Source: a virus. From it: DNA of 64,000 nucleotides. Position 1 is the first letter of the stretch. Every line of letters begins with the position of its first letter. This document shows, one piece after another, positions 37,654 to 48,038 of this stretch. The notes under the pieces are model-generated. The model was not told the DNA's origin. It saw only the letters and a list, made by a program, of their open reading frames with translations, and made no database searches. Both the position numbers and the translations under genes were made by a program. The stretch is taken from IMG/VR virus record IMGVR_UViG_3300025677_000006, positions 1 to 64,000 of that record. One strand, 5' to 3'.

Positions 37654-40600
37654 ATGGATATTAATTTACCTGAAAATAGTTCAAATTTAATAAGAAAAGA
37701 TTATATTATTTATAATGATATAAATTATACTCTTGAAGAATTTCTTAATGTAATTTTAAATTTAAATAATTTTGACAATAAAAATAATATCCATTATGGT
37801 GATGGTGTTTATACTTTTGATGAATTTATAAATTTTATATTATATAGAAATCTTAAAGAAAATAGATATAGTTTTGATTTAGATTATAAAGATTATGCTA
37901 CATCAAGTGCTGGAAATTTATTTAGATTTAATAATGATACTAAATTAGGTAATTTTGGAAATGCACTTCTTGATGTTATACCTCAATATAATTCATTAAA
38001 TTTATCAAATACTTTAATTGGTCGTGGAATTGATTTTGGATTATTTGGTAACATAACACCATTGGAAAGTATTGGTAGTGTTATGTTAGGTAAACAAATG
38101 ACATTTAATGCTGTATCACAAGCAGCACGTACTACTGCCGATTATCTACCAAGTATTAATATTCAAAATTTATTTACGAATGAACCAATTTTTAGTAAAC
38201 CTGCTGATTATAGTATTACTAAATTAAATATTACTGGTTTTGATTTTGTTGATAATTTATTATCACCATCATTTTATAAATCACAACGTATTGATAGTAA
38301 TTATGAACATATTATAAACGAAAATGAAATTGTTGATTATACAGGTAAAGGTCAATTAAATGAATTGTTTAGACAACTAAATTTTAATTTTTATAAATTT
38401 AATTCGTTATATGAATATCGTGTTAAATATAATATAAAAGGACAAAAAGATTTAATTGATGAATTGAAAGGAAAAAGATTTGATTTTTTTTATAATCCAT
38501 ATTCAATATTATATGGTTCTGATATGATTAAAACATATTCAGATAAATTACCTGAAACATATGCTGGTGCAGAAGAATATGTTTCAGATATTCATGATAT
38601 ATCATTTTTTTATGGTAAAACAACTAATCAAGAGTTAACAGAAATTCCTAAAGATTTTATAACTAATTATGATTCTGAAGATGATATTCAAAATAACTTA
38701 ATTTGGGGTAAGGATGGTGTTGGACAAATTGTACATTTTAATTTAGATAATTCAAGGGATAAATATACAAAAGAATTAATTAATAATAATATTGAAAATT
38801 TCAAAATTAAAAGAGGTTTACTTGAATATACTAAAAATTTATTAAACGTATCATCTGGTTTTTATGTTGATATGACCAAAAAAATATATAGAGATTTAAA
38901 TAAAAGAATATATGGATTTAATGGTTCTCCTGTATGGGAAAAAGAATTAACAAAATATTCATCAAAAAATTTTAAAGGTAGAAAAGAAGGTATTCGTCAG
39001 CATAATGCATTGGATAAATATGATAAATTTGTAAAGGCAATTAGGTTTGATGGTAATATAGCATATAATAAGAGTGGTAATAATAAAGATTCTGTAATAT
39101 ATAATTCAGTAATGCCAAAAATACATCCAATTAGAGATGATAAAGGAAATGTTGATAATAAAAACATGATGTTTAGCATTGAAAATCTTGCTGTTACTGC
39201 TGTTAAGGATGAATTAAATAATATTGGTTATATTGATGATGAAGATGGTTCTCAAATACCGATAAGTGAGGTAGGACCGTTCAACGGTCGTATTATGTGG
39301 TTTCCACCATACGGAATTGAACTTAATGAAACTTCAACAGCAAAATTTGACTCTACTGTTATGGTGGGTAGAAATGAACCAATATATACATATATGAATT
39401 CAGAAAGAAGTGCAACACTTTCTTTTGTTCTCCTTATTGACCATCCACCTCATTTAATTAACTATATGGGTGAAGAAGAATATAAAAAGAAAATTGCTAA
39501 TTTCTTTGCTTTTGGGGGTGATGATTATTATGAAGATAGTGTTAGTATTAGTGATTTAACAAAAAGAATTGAAGATATAAAACAAGAAATAGATAATATA
39601 AAAAAAGATAATTTAATTAATTCTGGTGAAATAGTTGCTGATGGATTAAATTTAGAAAATTTACCTTCAATTTATTTTCCAAATGATTATCCAAAAGAAG
39701 GTGGGGTTTCAAATGTTATTGATTATATATATAATAATAAATATGAAATAAGTAATAAAAATTCTACAATAGAGGGTGATGAAGGTAGTTCAGGATTAAA
39801 TGACAATATATATGTTTTAAGTGCAGATACATCACAATATAATGCAATTAATGAAAATTGTTTATTGAATAAGACATTAAAAGAAGTTTATGTTGATAAT
39901 AATAATAAAAAGGTTATTGGTATTAAACTTGAAGGTTATGCATCAAGACATGGTGATAATATAGTTGGTTATAATACAATTTTGGTTGAAAGAAGACTTG
40001 AAGCAGCAAAAATTTTTATTTTAAAAAGATTAAATGCATTATTTCCTAATAATGATTTTGTTGATGAAGATATTTTTATTGAAATAGTAAATAAAGGTTC
40101 TAATTATAGTGATGATGTAGATGATAAAAATATTAATGAAGTAAAAGGTGATAGAAGGGTTGAATTAAGTTTTGTTCATAATGGAAAAACAATATCTGAA
40201 GATGGTACTGTTAGTGACAATCAATATGAATTAGAAATAAAAGAATTAGAAAAAGAATTAGAAAATTTATATACAACATTATATAGAGCAAGAAATAGAA
40301 AGGATAATATATTTACAGAAAGAACAAAAGAAGATAAAGCGATTTTTGATAATTTTGAATCAATAAAAACGAATCATTATAAACCCATGTATCATTCTCA
40401 AACACCAGAGGATTTTCATAAAAGATTAACGTTTTTACAGCAATGTACTAGACAAGGTTCTTCAGTTAGAAATAGAAATATAAAAGATAAAGATAATTTA
40501 ACATCAAAAAATTCAGTTTTTGGTAAGCAACCAATATGTATTTTAAGGGTTGGTGATTTCTTTTATACAAAGGTAATTATTAATAATGTTACTGTTGATT

Positions 40601-40902
40601 ACAACGATACAACATGGGATATGAATCCTGAAGGATTTGGTATGCAACCAATGATTGCAAAGGTTACATTACAAATGAATGTATTGGGTGGTCAATCACT
40701 GTCAGGACCTATCGATGCACTTCAAAATGCTGTATCGTATAACTATTATGCCAATTCAACTTTTACTAATACAGGGATTTATAAAAAGGCAAGTAGAATT
40801 GCAAGGGAACAACAAGCATATTTTAAAGAAATAAAAAAGGATATTATTGATAATATGAAAAGTAGATATAACGAATTAAAAACAAATAATAATTTATCAT
40901 AA
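37654..40902 (+). CDS. Large virion-associated protein with OmpA-like peptidoglycan-binding motif
   Basis: 1082 aa. The segment GIKLEGYASRHGDNIVGYNTILVERRLEAAKIFILKRL fits the OmpA/MotB C-terminal consensus (G.TD..G....N..LS..RA..V...L). Confidence 0.45.
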   Translation: MDINLPENSSNLIRKDYIIYNDINYTLEEFLNVILNLNNFDNKNNIHYGDGVYTFDEFINFILYRNLKENRYSFDLDYKDYATSSAGNLFRFNNDTKLGNFGNALLDVIPQYNSLNLSNTLIGRGIDFGLFGNITPLESIGSVMLGKQMTFNAVSQAARTTADYLPSINIQNLFTNEPIFSKPADYSITKLNITGFDFVDNLLSPSFYKSQRIDSNYEHIINENEIVDYTGKGQLNELFRQLNFNFYKFNSLYEYRVKYNIKGQKDLIDELKGKRFDFFYNPYSILYGSDMIKTYSDKLPETYAGAEEYVSDIHDISFFYGKTTNQELTEIPKDFITNYDSEDDIQNNLIWGKDGVGQIVHFNLDNSRDKYTKELINNNIENFKIKRGLLEYTKNLLNVSSGFYVDMTKKIYRDLNKRIYGFNGSPVWEKELTKYSSKNFKGRKEGIRQHNALDKYDKFVKAIRFDGNIAYNKSGNNKDSVIYNSVMPKIHPIRDDKGNVDNKNMMFSIENLAVTAVKDELNNIGYIDDEDGSQIPISEVGPFNGRIMWFPPYGIELNETSTAKFDSTVMVGRNEPIYTYMNSERSATLSFVLLIDHPPHLINYMGEEEYKKKIANFFAFGGDDYYEDSVSISDLTKRIEDIKQEIDNIKKDNLINSGEIVADGLNLENLPSIYFPNDYPKEGGVSNVIDYIYNNKYEISNKNSTIEGDEGSSGLNDNIYVLSADTSQYNAINENCLLNKTLKEVYVDNNNKKVIGIKLEGYASRHGDNIVGYNTILVERRLEAAKIFILKRLNALFPNNDFVDEDIFIEIVNKGSNYSDDVDDKNINEVKGDRRVELSFVHNGKTISEDGTVSDNQYELEIKELEKELENLYTTLYRARNRKDNIFTERTKEDKAIFDNFESIKTNHYKPMYHSQTPEDFHKRLTFLQQCTRQGSSVRNRNIKDKDNLTSKNSVFGKQPICILRVGDFFYTKVIINNVTVDYNDTTWDMNPEGFGMQPMIAKVTLQMNVLGGQSLSGPIDALQNAVSYNYYANSTFTNTGIYKKASRIAREQQAYFKEIKKDIIDNMKSRYNELKTNNNLS

Positions 40903-40913
40903 ATTTTATTATT

Positions 40914-41234
40914 ATGCCAAAATTAGATTATAATAGATATGCCATATTAAAAAAGCCTGATGGTTCAATTGAACCCATGCCTTTTGTTGATTTACCTGTT
41001 AATACTAGTGATAAGTATATTTTTTGGAGTAGTGGTAGTGATAGGTTAGATAAATTATCACAAAAATATTATAATAATCCTTTTTACGATTTTTTAATAT
41101 TATATGCCAATAATGAATATACAAATGAATTTGATATTCCTGATAATGCATTGATTAGAATACCATTCCCATTAGAGAGGGCAATTTATGATTATGAATT
41201 AATTTTAAAAAATCATATGCAACAATTTATTTGA
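40914..41234 (+). CDS. Hypothetical protein
   Basis: 106-aa ORF. Confidence 0.4.
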   Translation: MPKLDYNRYAILKKPDGSIEPMPFVDLPVNTSDKYIFWSSGSDRLDKLSQKYYNNPFYDFLILYANNEYTNEFDIPDNALIRIPFPLERAIYDYELILKNHMQQFI

Positions 41235-41283
41235 TAATTTAATTTATTTATATTAATATTGCAAAATATTAAATTTTTTATAA

Positions 41284-43398
41284 ATGAAAAATAATATTGT
41301 TGTTGTTTTTTCATCCCATTTATCTGAAGAAGAAAATCAGAAATTTATTAAACATATTAACAATACCATTGGTAAAGTTAAACATGATGTAATTTGCTAT
41401 TCAAATTTTAATCAGTATAGTCTTACTGAAATTTATAATAAAGCGATTAAAGAACATTATAAAAAGGATTCTATATTTGTTGTTTGTCATAATGATATTA
41501 TTATAGGTACGAGAGATTGGGGTAAATTATTGCTTTTTAAATTTAATCAAACAAATTTTGATATTATTGGTGTTGCAGGTAGTACCTATTTACCTGAATC
41601 CTGTGTATGGTGGGAAGATAGAACAAAAATGGTTGGTATTGTTGACCATACGGATGGATATTCTATTTGGACAAGTGAATATTCTAAAGAAAAAAAGGGT
41701 GTGATTACACCAGTTGTTTTGGTTGATGGTCTTTTTATTTCTTTTAATCCCGATACGATTGTACATAGATTTGATGAAGAATTTAAAGGGTTTCATCTTT
41801 ATGATTTATCATTTTGTATTCCAAATTGGCTTGATGGTTGTAATATTGGTGTAACAACAGATATTAGAATATTACATAAATCAATTGGTGAAACAAATCA
41901 ACAATGGGATGAAAATAGAAAACAATTAGCGGAAAAATATTATGATGAATTACCAATAACAATATTACCAGAATATAATGATTTAATTGTTAATTTATTA
42001 ACAGAGCCAAAAGTAACAGTAATTATTCCAACAAAAAATAATTTAAAGTATATTAAAAATAATATTTATTCTTGGAATAATGTTGTTAATTATGATAATT
42101 ATGAAATAATTATTGCTGATACGGGTAGTGATGAAAGTGTAATTAAGGAATATGATTCATTTCTTTCAAATAAAATTAAATTAATAAAATATAATTATTA
42201 TAATTTTGCTAAAATAAATAATGATGTAGTAAAAAATCATACATCTAATGATACAGAATTAATACTATTTTGTAATGATGATATAAAATTATTAAATGAT
42301 AGTCTTAGTAGATGTATTGAAATTTATAATCAAAATAAAGATACTGTTGGTACTATTGGTATTAGATTACATTATGGGGATGGTAGTATTCAACATAATG
42401 GGATTTTAATGTATAAAGAAAATAATATTTTAAGACTTACACATAAAGATATTAGAAAAACTGAAAATTATTTTACTGGTATTAATTACGATTCATTGGG
42501 AAATACTGGTGGGTTTATGTTAATTAAAAAAGATTTATTTTTAAAATATGGTGGGTTTAATGAAAACTATATTGAATGTTTGGAAGATGTTGAATTAAAT
42601 ATTAAATGTAAATACGATGGATTAAAAAATATTACAGTTAGTGATGCTGTTGCAATTCATTATGAATCTATAAGTAGAAATAAAATTTTGGGTGGTAATG
42701 AAAGATTTATGGTTGATTATAATAGATTGATGAATTTTGTAAACGATTTTGAAAATAAAGAAAGAGAAATTAAAAGAAATAAAGAAAATAAAAATCCAAT
42801 TATTAATATTATAACAAGAACACACGATAGACCTAAACATTTTAAAATATGTAGAGATTCAATTTTAAATCAAACATATAAAAATATTAATCATATTGTT
42901 GGTAGTGATATTGATTGTGATTATTGTGATGATTATATTAAATTAGAATTACAAGAAGTTCAACCAAAACCAGATAATTTGGCATCATATCCTGCACCTT
43001 GGAATTTACACATAAATGTTTTACATAACTATGTAAAAGAAGGTTGGATTATGTATTTAGATGATGATGATATGTTTATTAATGAAAATTCTTTAAGTAT
43101 AATAGTGAATCATATTGAAAATGAAGATGAATTATTGCTTTGGAGAGTAAACATTAATGGAAGAATAGTTCCAGATGATAATGGTTTTGGAAAAATTATT
43201 GCAGGGAATATATCTGGTATTGGTTTTATGTTTCATTCGAAATATTTACCAATTGATTGGGTGTCTTGGAATTTTGGTGATTATAGGGCTATTAAACAAT
43301 TAGAAAATAAAAAATTAAAACAGAAATGGATTAACCAAGTGTTAACAAAAACACAAGGTGTTCCAAATTTAGGAAAAAAACCAAATGATTATGAATAG
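41284..43398 (+). CDS. Multi-domain glycosyltransferase (at least two or three GT-A-like modules)
   Basis: VTVIIPTKNNLKYIK......YEIIIADTGSDE (GT2 signature). A second block has INIITRTHDRPKHFKICRDSILNQTY. An N-terminal module starts IVVVFSSHLSEEE. Total 704 aa. Confidence 0.6.
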   Translation: MKNNIVVVFSSHLSEEENQKFIKHINNTIGKVKHDVICYSNFNQYSLTEIYNKAIKEHYKKDSIFVVCHNDIIIGTRDWGKLLLFKFNQTNFDIIGVAGSTYLPESCVWWEDRTKMVGIVDHTDGYSIWTSEYSKEKKGVITPVVLVDGLFISFNPDTIVHRFDEEFKGFHLYDLSFCIPNWLDGCNIGVTTDIRILHKSIGETNQQWDENRKQLAEKYYDELPITILPEYNDLIVNLLTEPKVTVIIPTKNNLKYIKNNIYSWNNVVNYDNYEIIIADTGSDESVIKEYDSFLSNKIKLIKYNYYNFAKINNDVVKNHTSNDTELILFCNDDIKLLNDSLSRCIEIYNQNKDTVGTIGIRLHYGDGSIQHNGILMYKENNILRLTHKDIRKTENYFTGINYDSLGNTGGFMLIKKDLFLKYGGFNENYIECLEDVELNIKCKYDGLKNITVSDAVAIHYESISRNKILGGNERFMVDYNRLMNFVNDFENKEREIKRNKENKNPIINIITRTHDRPKHFKICRDSILNQTYKNINHIVGSDIDCDYCDDYIKLELQEVQPKPDNLASYPAPWNLHINVLHNYVKEGWIMYLDDDDMFINENSLSIIVNHIENEDELLLWRVNINGRIVPDDNGFGKIIAGNISGIGFMFHSKYLPIDWVSWNFGDYRAIKQLENKKLKQKWINQVLTKTQGVPNLGKKPNDYE

Positions 43399-44104
43399 TA
43401 AAGTAGATATTTACATTGCATCATTATGGCGACAAGGTCATGCCGTTGTTGCAATTAATTCGCTAAGAAGTCAACCAGAATTTGGTACAGCAACAATTAC
43501 GTGTAATAATTGGACTGATGAGCAATGGGAATATATTAATAAAGAATTGGGCGATGATATGCGAATTAAATTATATAGGGGTAATAATGAAAAGGGTAGT
43601 AATGAAAAATTAAAATATATTGCTCATGGTAATAATTATTATATTGCGTTGGCTGATGATGATTTAATATATCCACACGATTATTTAGGTAAATTAATTA
43701 ATGGTTGTGAGAAATATAATGCACATGTTTCATTACATGGTGTTGTATTATTGAAAGGTATTATTAATAGTTATTATAGAGATAGAATTGTTTATAGGGC
43801 GTTAGGTACTGTTTTATTGGATCAAGAAGTCGATATTGTTAGTAATTGTGGTAGTTTATTTAAACGTAATTTTTATAATGATTTAGATAAATGGTATGAT
43901 TACTGTGGTAATGTATCAATGGATGATTTATATGTTAATTATTTTGCGAAAAAAAATGGGATAAAACGGTATGTTTTGTCACATGTTGAAGGGTATTTAA
44001 AACACAAAAAACAATATCCTGAAGATAATTATGTTTTTGATAAACACAAAAACGATGATAGTGTGCAAACTAATTTTATTAATAACGTATTTTTAAAGGT
44101 GTGA
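43385..44104 (+). CDS. Glycosyltransferase-like protein
   Basis: 239 aa with YIALADDDLIYP (a DxD-like motif). The ATGA overlap with the upstream gene suggests coupling. Confidence 0.4.
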   Translation: MIMNSKVDIYIASLWRQGHAVVAINSLRSQPEFGTATITCNNWTDEQWEYINKELGDDMRIKLYRGNNEKGSNEKLKYIAHGNNYYIALADDDLIYPHDYLGKLINGCEKYNAHVSLHGVVLLKGIINSYYRDRIVYRALGTVLLDQEVDIVSNCGSLFKRNFYNDLDKWYDYCGNVSMDDLYVNYFAKKNGIKRYVLSHVEGYLKHKKQYPEDNYVFDKHKNDDSVQTNFINNVFLKV

Positions 44105-44721
44105 TTGATAATAATAGTACTGATGGTACAACACAATGGTTAAAATCTATTGTAGTTGATGGATATTATAAAATAAAGCCAATTTTTTTAGATTATAATT
44201 CAGGTGATTTTGGTGGGACTAAATTGGGTTATGAAAATTTGGATGATGATTGTGTTTATACTATGCAATGGGATAATGATCGTCCACCAATAACAGAAAA
44301 TTTTTTGGATAAAATTGTGAATATAATGGATGCCTTTCGAAATATTGGTCAATTAATGTTAAAAAGAACGGGTGTTGGTAATATAATTCAACCAATAAAT
44401 ATTCAAGAATATAATGGTGTTTTTTTTGGTGATGTTAATACGGTAACTTGTGTTAATATACAGAGAAGAAAAGTAATTGATGATATTAATTATTGGGTTT
44501 GTGATGAATCTGTTTATTGGGATTTTATGATAAATCAAGAAATGCTTAAACGTGGTTATCAATTAAAAAAGTGTTTAAATGTAATTGTGTCGCATATTGA
44601 TGTGTTTCCAGAATTAAATTTTAATTTACAAAAATTAAAATTTCCAAATTATTTTAATAATAAAAGTAAGATTAACTACACCGAGATTGATTATAATTGT
44701 GATAATAATGAGAAAAAATAA
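44101..44721 (+). CDS. Hypothetical protein (GTG start overlapping upstream stop; begins VIDNNSTDGT)
   Basis: 206-aa ORF. The N-terminal DNNSTDGT resembles the GT2 DxGSTDGT motif, but no upstream partner is in frame. Confidence 0.35.
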   Translation: MIDNNSTDGTTQWLKSIVVDGYYKIKPIFLDYNSGDFGGTKLGYENLDDDCVYTMQWDNDRPPITENFLDKIVNIMDAFRNIGQLMLKRTGVGNIIQPINIQEYNGVFFGDVNTVTCVNIQRRKVIDDINYWVCDESVYWDFMINQEMLKRGYQLKKCLNVIVSHIDVFPELNFNLQKLKFPNYFNNKSKINYTEIDYNCDNNEKK

Positions 44722-45421
44722 AAACAATATTAAGAGAATAATAAAAAAAAGGATTAATATTATTAATTCTAATAATATTTTTATTGAAAATAATATTAAT
44801 GACAATAAAATATATATTAACCAAAAAAACATTAATGATAATTTAATAGTCAATGATGTTGATGTTAACAATATTAGTAATACATATGATTATGCTTATA
44901 TTTTTAATAACAAAAAACATAATACAGAATTAAAAACATTGGTGTTAATCTCAAATTATATGAGAATTGACATGTTGACTATGATATTAAATGAAATAAA
45001 AGAATATAATAATATTGATTATTATATATTTGATGATAGGTCAGATTATGTTTTGGATGATAATCGTTTTATTGTGAATAGTGAGCATAGAGGTAAACAT
45101 CAATATTGGAAAACATTTGATGAGATGTTTAAAATGTGTGAAAAATCGAATTATGATGTGTATTGTTTCATTCCAAATGATTTTTTAAATATTAATTTTA
45201 GTAGAATATTTAAATACGCATCATTATTGTCAGAGTATTATTATGTTTTTAATATTATTAATGATGGTAGGTTAGAATCGTGGACAGGAAAAAAATCATA
45301 TAAAATTTCAGATGATATTTATATATCATTTTTTACTGATTGTGGTTTTTTTACAAATAGAAAAACATTAGAAAAATTAAAATTTACAATATTTCCAATA
45401 AAAAAAAAAATGATAAAATGA
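44687..45421 (+). CDS. Hypothetical protein with low-complexity K/N/I-rich N-terminus
   Basis: 244-aa ORF. The C-terminal half has DYYIFDDRSDY (a DxD-like motif). Confidence 0.35.
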   Translation: MIIIVIIMRKNKNNIKRIIKKRINIINSNNIFIENNINDNKIYINQKNINDNLIVNDVDVNNISNTYDYAYIFNNKKHNTELKTLVLISNYMRIDMLTMILNEIKEYNNIDYYIFDDRSDYVLDDNRFIVNSEHRGKHQYWKTFDEMFKMCEKSNYDVYCFIPNDFLNINFSRIFKYASLLSEYYYVFNIINDGRLESWTGKKSYKISDDIYISFFTDCGFFTNRKTLEKLKFTIFPIKKKMIK

Positions 45422-45575
45422 GTTCAGGTGTTGGTAGACAATTGTCAATAAGATTGCGTGATTTAAAAATACCAATATTTACACCTATTAAAAGTTTTGC
45501 ATATCATGGTGACCATGAATCATTAATGAATCCTGAAGTTAGAAAAATTCATAAAATAATTTCATTATAAAAAGA

Positions 45576-46010
45576 ATGAATATGAAAAATAATGTTGTTA
45601 TAAAAAATTTTAAATATGATAATTTTCAATATTCATTTAAAGGAGTTGAAAATGAACATATTTTTAAACAAATACCTTGGTATGAACAAGAATTATTAGA
45701 ATATATTAGTAATTTAAATTTAAATGGTGTTTATGTTGATGTTGGTGGTAATATAGGAAATCATTCATTATTTTTTGCCAATCATTGTAATTCAACAAAA
45801 TTATATATATTTGAACCAGAAAATTTTTGTTTTAACATTTTAAATGAGAATTTATCAAAAAATTCAAAAAAACAATATGTTTTAAGAAATATTGCTTTAT
45901 GGAACAAAAAAGATGAATTAAATTTAATTAAATATGAAACATATCAAAATACTGGAATATCGAAAGTAATTGAAAAAAATAAAAACAATGACAATTTATT
46001 ATTTATAAAA
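45576..46010 (+). pseudogene. FkbM-family methyltransferase, N-terminal portion, interrupted by IS insertion
   Basis: VYVDVGGNIGNHSLFFANH is the FkbM SAM-binding motif. The reading frame runs into IS sequence after ...DNLLFIK. Confidence 0.6.
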
Positions 46011-46055
46011 CGGAGCGTAAAACCCACAAATCTTTAGTTTGTGGGATGTAAGCGA

Positions 46056-46469
46056 CTAGCCCTGATTGAGAATATACTCACGAATGGTATCAGGAGAAGC
46101 CTCACCAATTGAGCAAACGAAATAACCATCTGACCAAAAAGTGTGTTCTTTCCAAAAATGTTTAAATAAGAATGACCTGTGAGATGAACGCCAAATGTGA
46201 TAGGCAGATTCTTGTTTTAACTTACGAACTATTGAAGTAATGGATAAACTAGGAATGTAGCGAATAAGAAAGTGAATGTGGTCTAAATCAGATTCAAAGA
46301 CTTCAATTTCAAAATCTGAATTAGAAGTAATGTTTAAAAGAATAGAACGCATATCATCTTTTAACTGACCAACAAGCAACTTTTTACGGTACTTGCAGAC
46401 AAAAATAAGATGGCACTTGAGATAATGCTTTGAACGATTTGTAGAAATGTACTGTGATTTTTTAGACAT
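46056..46469 (-). CDS. tnpA: IS200-type HUH (Y1) transposase TnpA
   Basis: 137 aa with HIHFLI (the HuH motif) and a conserved Tyr region, typical of the IS200 TnpA family. Confidence 0.85.
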   Translation of the reverse strand: MSKKSQYISTNRSKHYLKCHLIFVCKYRKKLLVGQLKDDMRSILLNITSNSDFEIEVFESDLDHIHFLIRYIPSLSITSIVRKLKQESAYHIWRSSHRSFLFKHFWKEHTFWSDGYFVCSIGEASPDTIREYILNQG

Positions 46470-46559
46470 AACGAAGCAAGTTTTTGTGAAAGTTTTTACC
46501 CAAAGACGGAACTTTTACAAAACTTGCGTATTTAGTATAAATATAGTATATTTGTAAAC

Positions 46560-47750
46560 GTGAAAACAATATATAGGACATATCGCTTTGAATTAAGACC
46601 GACACAAGACCAAAAAGTGTTGCTGGATAAACACTTCGGGTGTGTTAGGTTCGTGTACAATTACTTTCTGAATGAGCGTAAAGAACAGTATCAGGCAAAC
46701 AAGAAGTCTGACAACTATTATGTTCAAGCAAAAACTTTGACTGAATTAAAAAAGCAAGAGGAAACTGCTTGGCTTAAAGAAGTAAACAGCCAAACCCTGC
46801 AATTTGCTTTAAGGTCTTTGGATACTGCATTCCTTAACTTCTTTCGTGGCAATGCCAAGTTTCCAAGATTTAAGTCTAAGAAAAGAAGGAATAGTTTCAC
46901 CGTACCACAACACACAAAATTAGAAGGTAGTAAAATTCACGTACCTAAATTCAAAGAAGGGATTAAATGTATTGTTCACCGTGAAATAAGGGGCGATGTT
47001 GGCAAAATGACCTTTACTAAAACACCGACTGGAAGATACTATGTTTCAATTTTAACCGAAGAACAATATCAACCAAAAGAAAAAACTGGTGCTGTATGTG
47101 GTGTGGATTTAGGTTTGAAAGATTTTGCCATTACTTCTGACGGCATCAAATTCAAGAATAACAGATATACCAAGAAATATGAAAGAGATTTAGCGAAAGC
47201 ACAAAAACATCTTTCTCGTAAGCAAAAAGGTAGCAATTCGTTTGAAAGACAAAAACGAAAAGTTGCCAAAATACACGAGAAAATATCCAACACAAGACAA
47301 GATGTATTGCATAAGGTATCGCATCAACTTGTTTCTGATTATGACATAATTGCTTTGGAAGACCTTAATGTAAAGGGAATGATGAGCAATAGAAAATTAT
47401 CAAAACACATTGCAGATGCAAGTTGGGGTACATTTGTGAGATTCTTGGAGTACAAAGCAGATTGGAACGATAAACAAGTTGTTAAAATCAATCGCTTTTA
47501 CCCCTCAAGCAAAACTTGTAATGTGTGTGGATGGATAAATCAAGATTTAAATCTTTCGGTTCGTGAATGGACTTGCAAAAATGGACATAAATTAGACCGT
47601 GATTTAAATGCAGCAAAGGTCATTCTGAAAGAAGGATTGAAAATAATATCGGGTGGGACGCTCGATAACACGGATGGAGATGGTGTAAGAAGTAGTAATA
47701 CTCAACTATCTGCGAAGTCCGAAGCCCATTTGTCTTTAGCAAATGGGTAG
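46560..47750 (+). CDS. tnpB: IS605 OrfB / TnpB RNA-guided nuclease family protein
   Basis: 396 aa. N-terminal YRFELRPT..Q, a RuvC-like core, and a C-terminal zinc finger CNVCGW...CKNGHKLDRDLNAA. Confidence 0.85.
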   Translation: MKTIYRTYRFELRPTQDQKVLLDKHFGCVRFVYNYFLNERKEQYQANKKSDNYYVQAKTLTELKKQEETAWLKEVNSQTLQFALRSLDTAFLNFFRGNAKFPRFKSKKRRNSFTVPQHTKLEGSKIHVPKFKEGIKCIVHREIRGDVGKMTFTKTPTGRYYVSILTEEQYQPKEKTGAVCGVDLGLKDFAITSDGIKFKNNRYTKKYERDLAKAQKHLSRKQKGSNSFERQKRKVAKIHEKISNTRQDVLHKVSHQLVSDYDIIALEDLNVKGMMSNRKLSKHIADASWGTFVRFLEYKADWNDKQVVKINRFYPSSKTCNVCGWINQDLNLSVREWTCKNGHKLDRDLNAAKVILKEGLKIISGGTLDNTDGDGVRSSNTQLSAKSEAHLSLANG

Positions 47751-48008
47751 TTCACAATTTCAAATACATTGGATGATGAAATTTCATTAAATGAAAATGT
47801 TGTGTTGATTAAAATAGATACTGAAGGTGCTGAAAGAAAAATACTTGATGGTGGTATAAATTTAATAAAAAACAAATTACCTGTTATTATTTGTGAAGCA
47901 GCAACAAGTGAAGAATTTAAAGAAATTGATGATTTTTTAAAACCTTTGGGATATAAAACACCCACAAGAAGATTTAATGCAACACCAACATATATTTGGG
48001 TTTGTTAA
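47751..48008 (+). pseudogene. FkbM-family methyltransferase, C-terminal portion (continuation after IS)
   Basis: TLDDEISLNENVVLIKIDTEGAERKILDGGINLI matches the FkbM C-terminal KIDvEGaE motif. It is in frame directly after the IS right end. Confidence 0.55.
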
Positions 48009-48038
48009 ACTATATTTATTATGTAAAAAAATAATATT

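Larger units (their letters stand above)
46011..47765. mobile_element. IS200/IS605-family insertion sequence (divergent tnpA-tnpB, IS605-like organisation)
   Basis: GC content rises from about 25% to about 40%. Subterminal hairpins cccacaaa-tctttag-tttgtggg (46023-46045) and cccatttg-tctttag-caaatggg (47725-47747) share the same loop. The boundaries are approximate. Confidence 0.8.

Noticed and set aside
44041-44104. Possible frameshift joining 43385-44104 and 44101-44721 into one glycosyltransferase
   Set aside because: The frame of the downstream ORF is closed by TAA (44041-43) and TGA (44056-58) immediately upstream. A simple +/-1 shift cannot fuse them, so they are kept as separate, translationally coupled genes (GTGA overlap).
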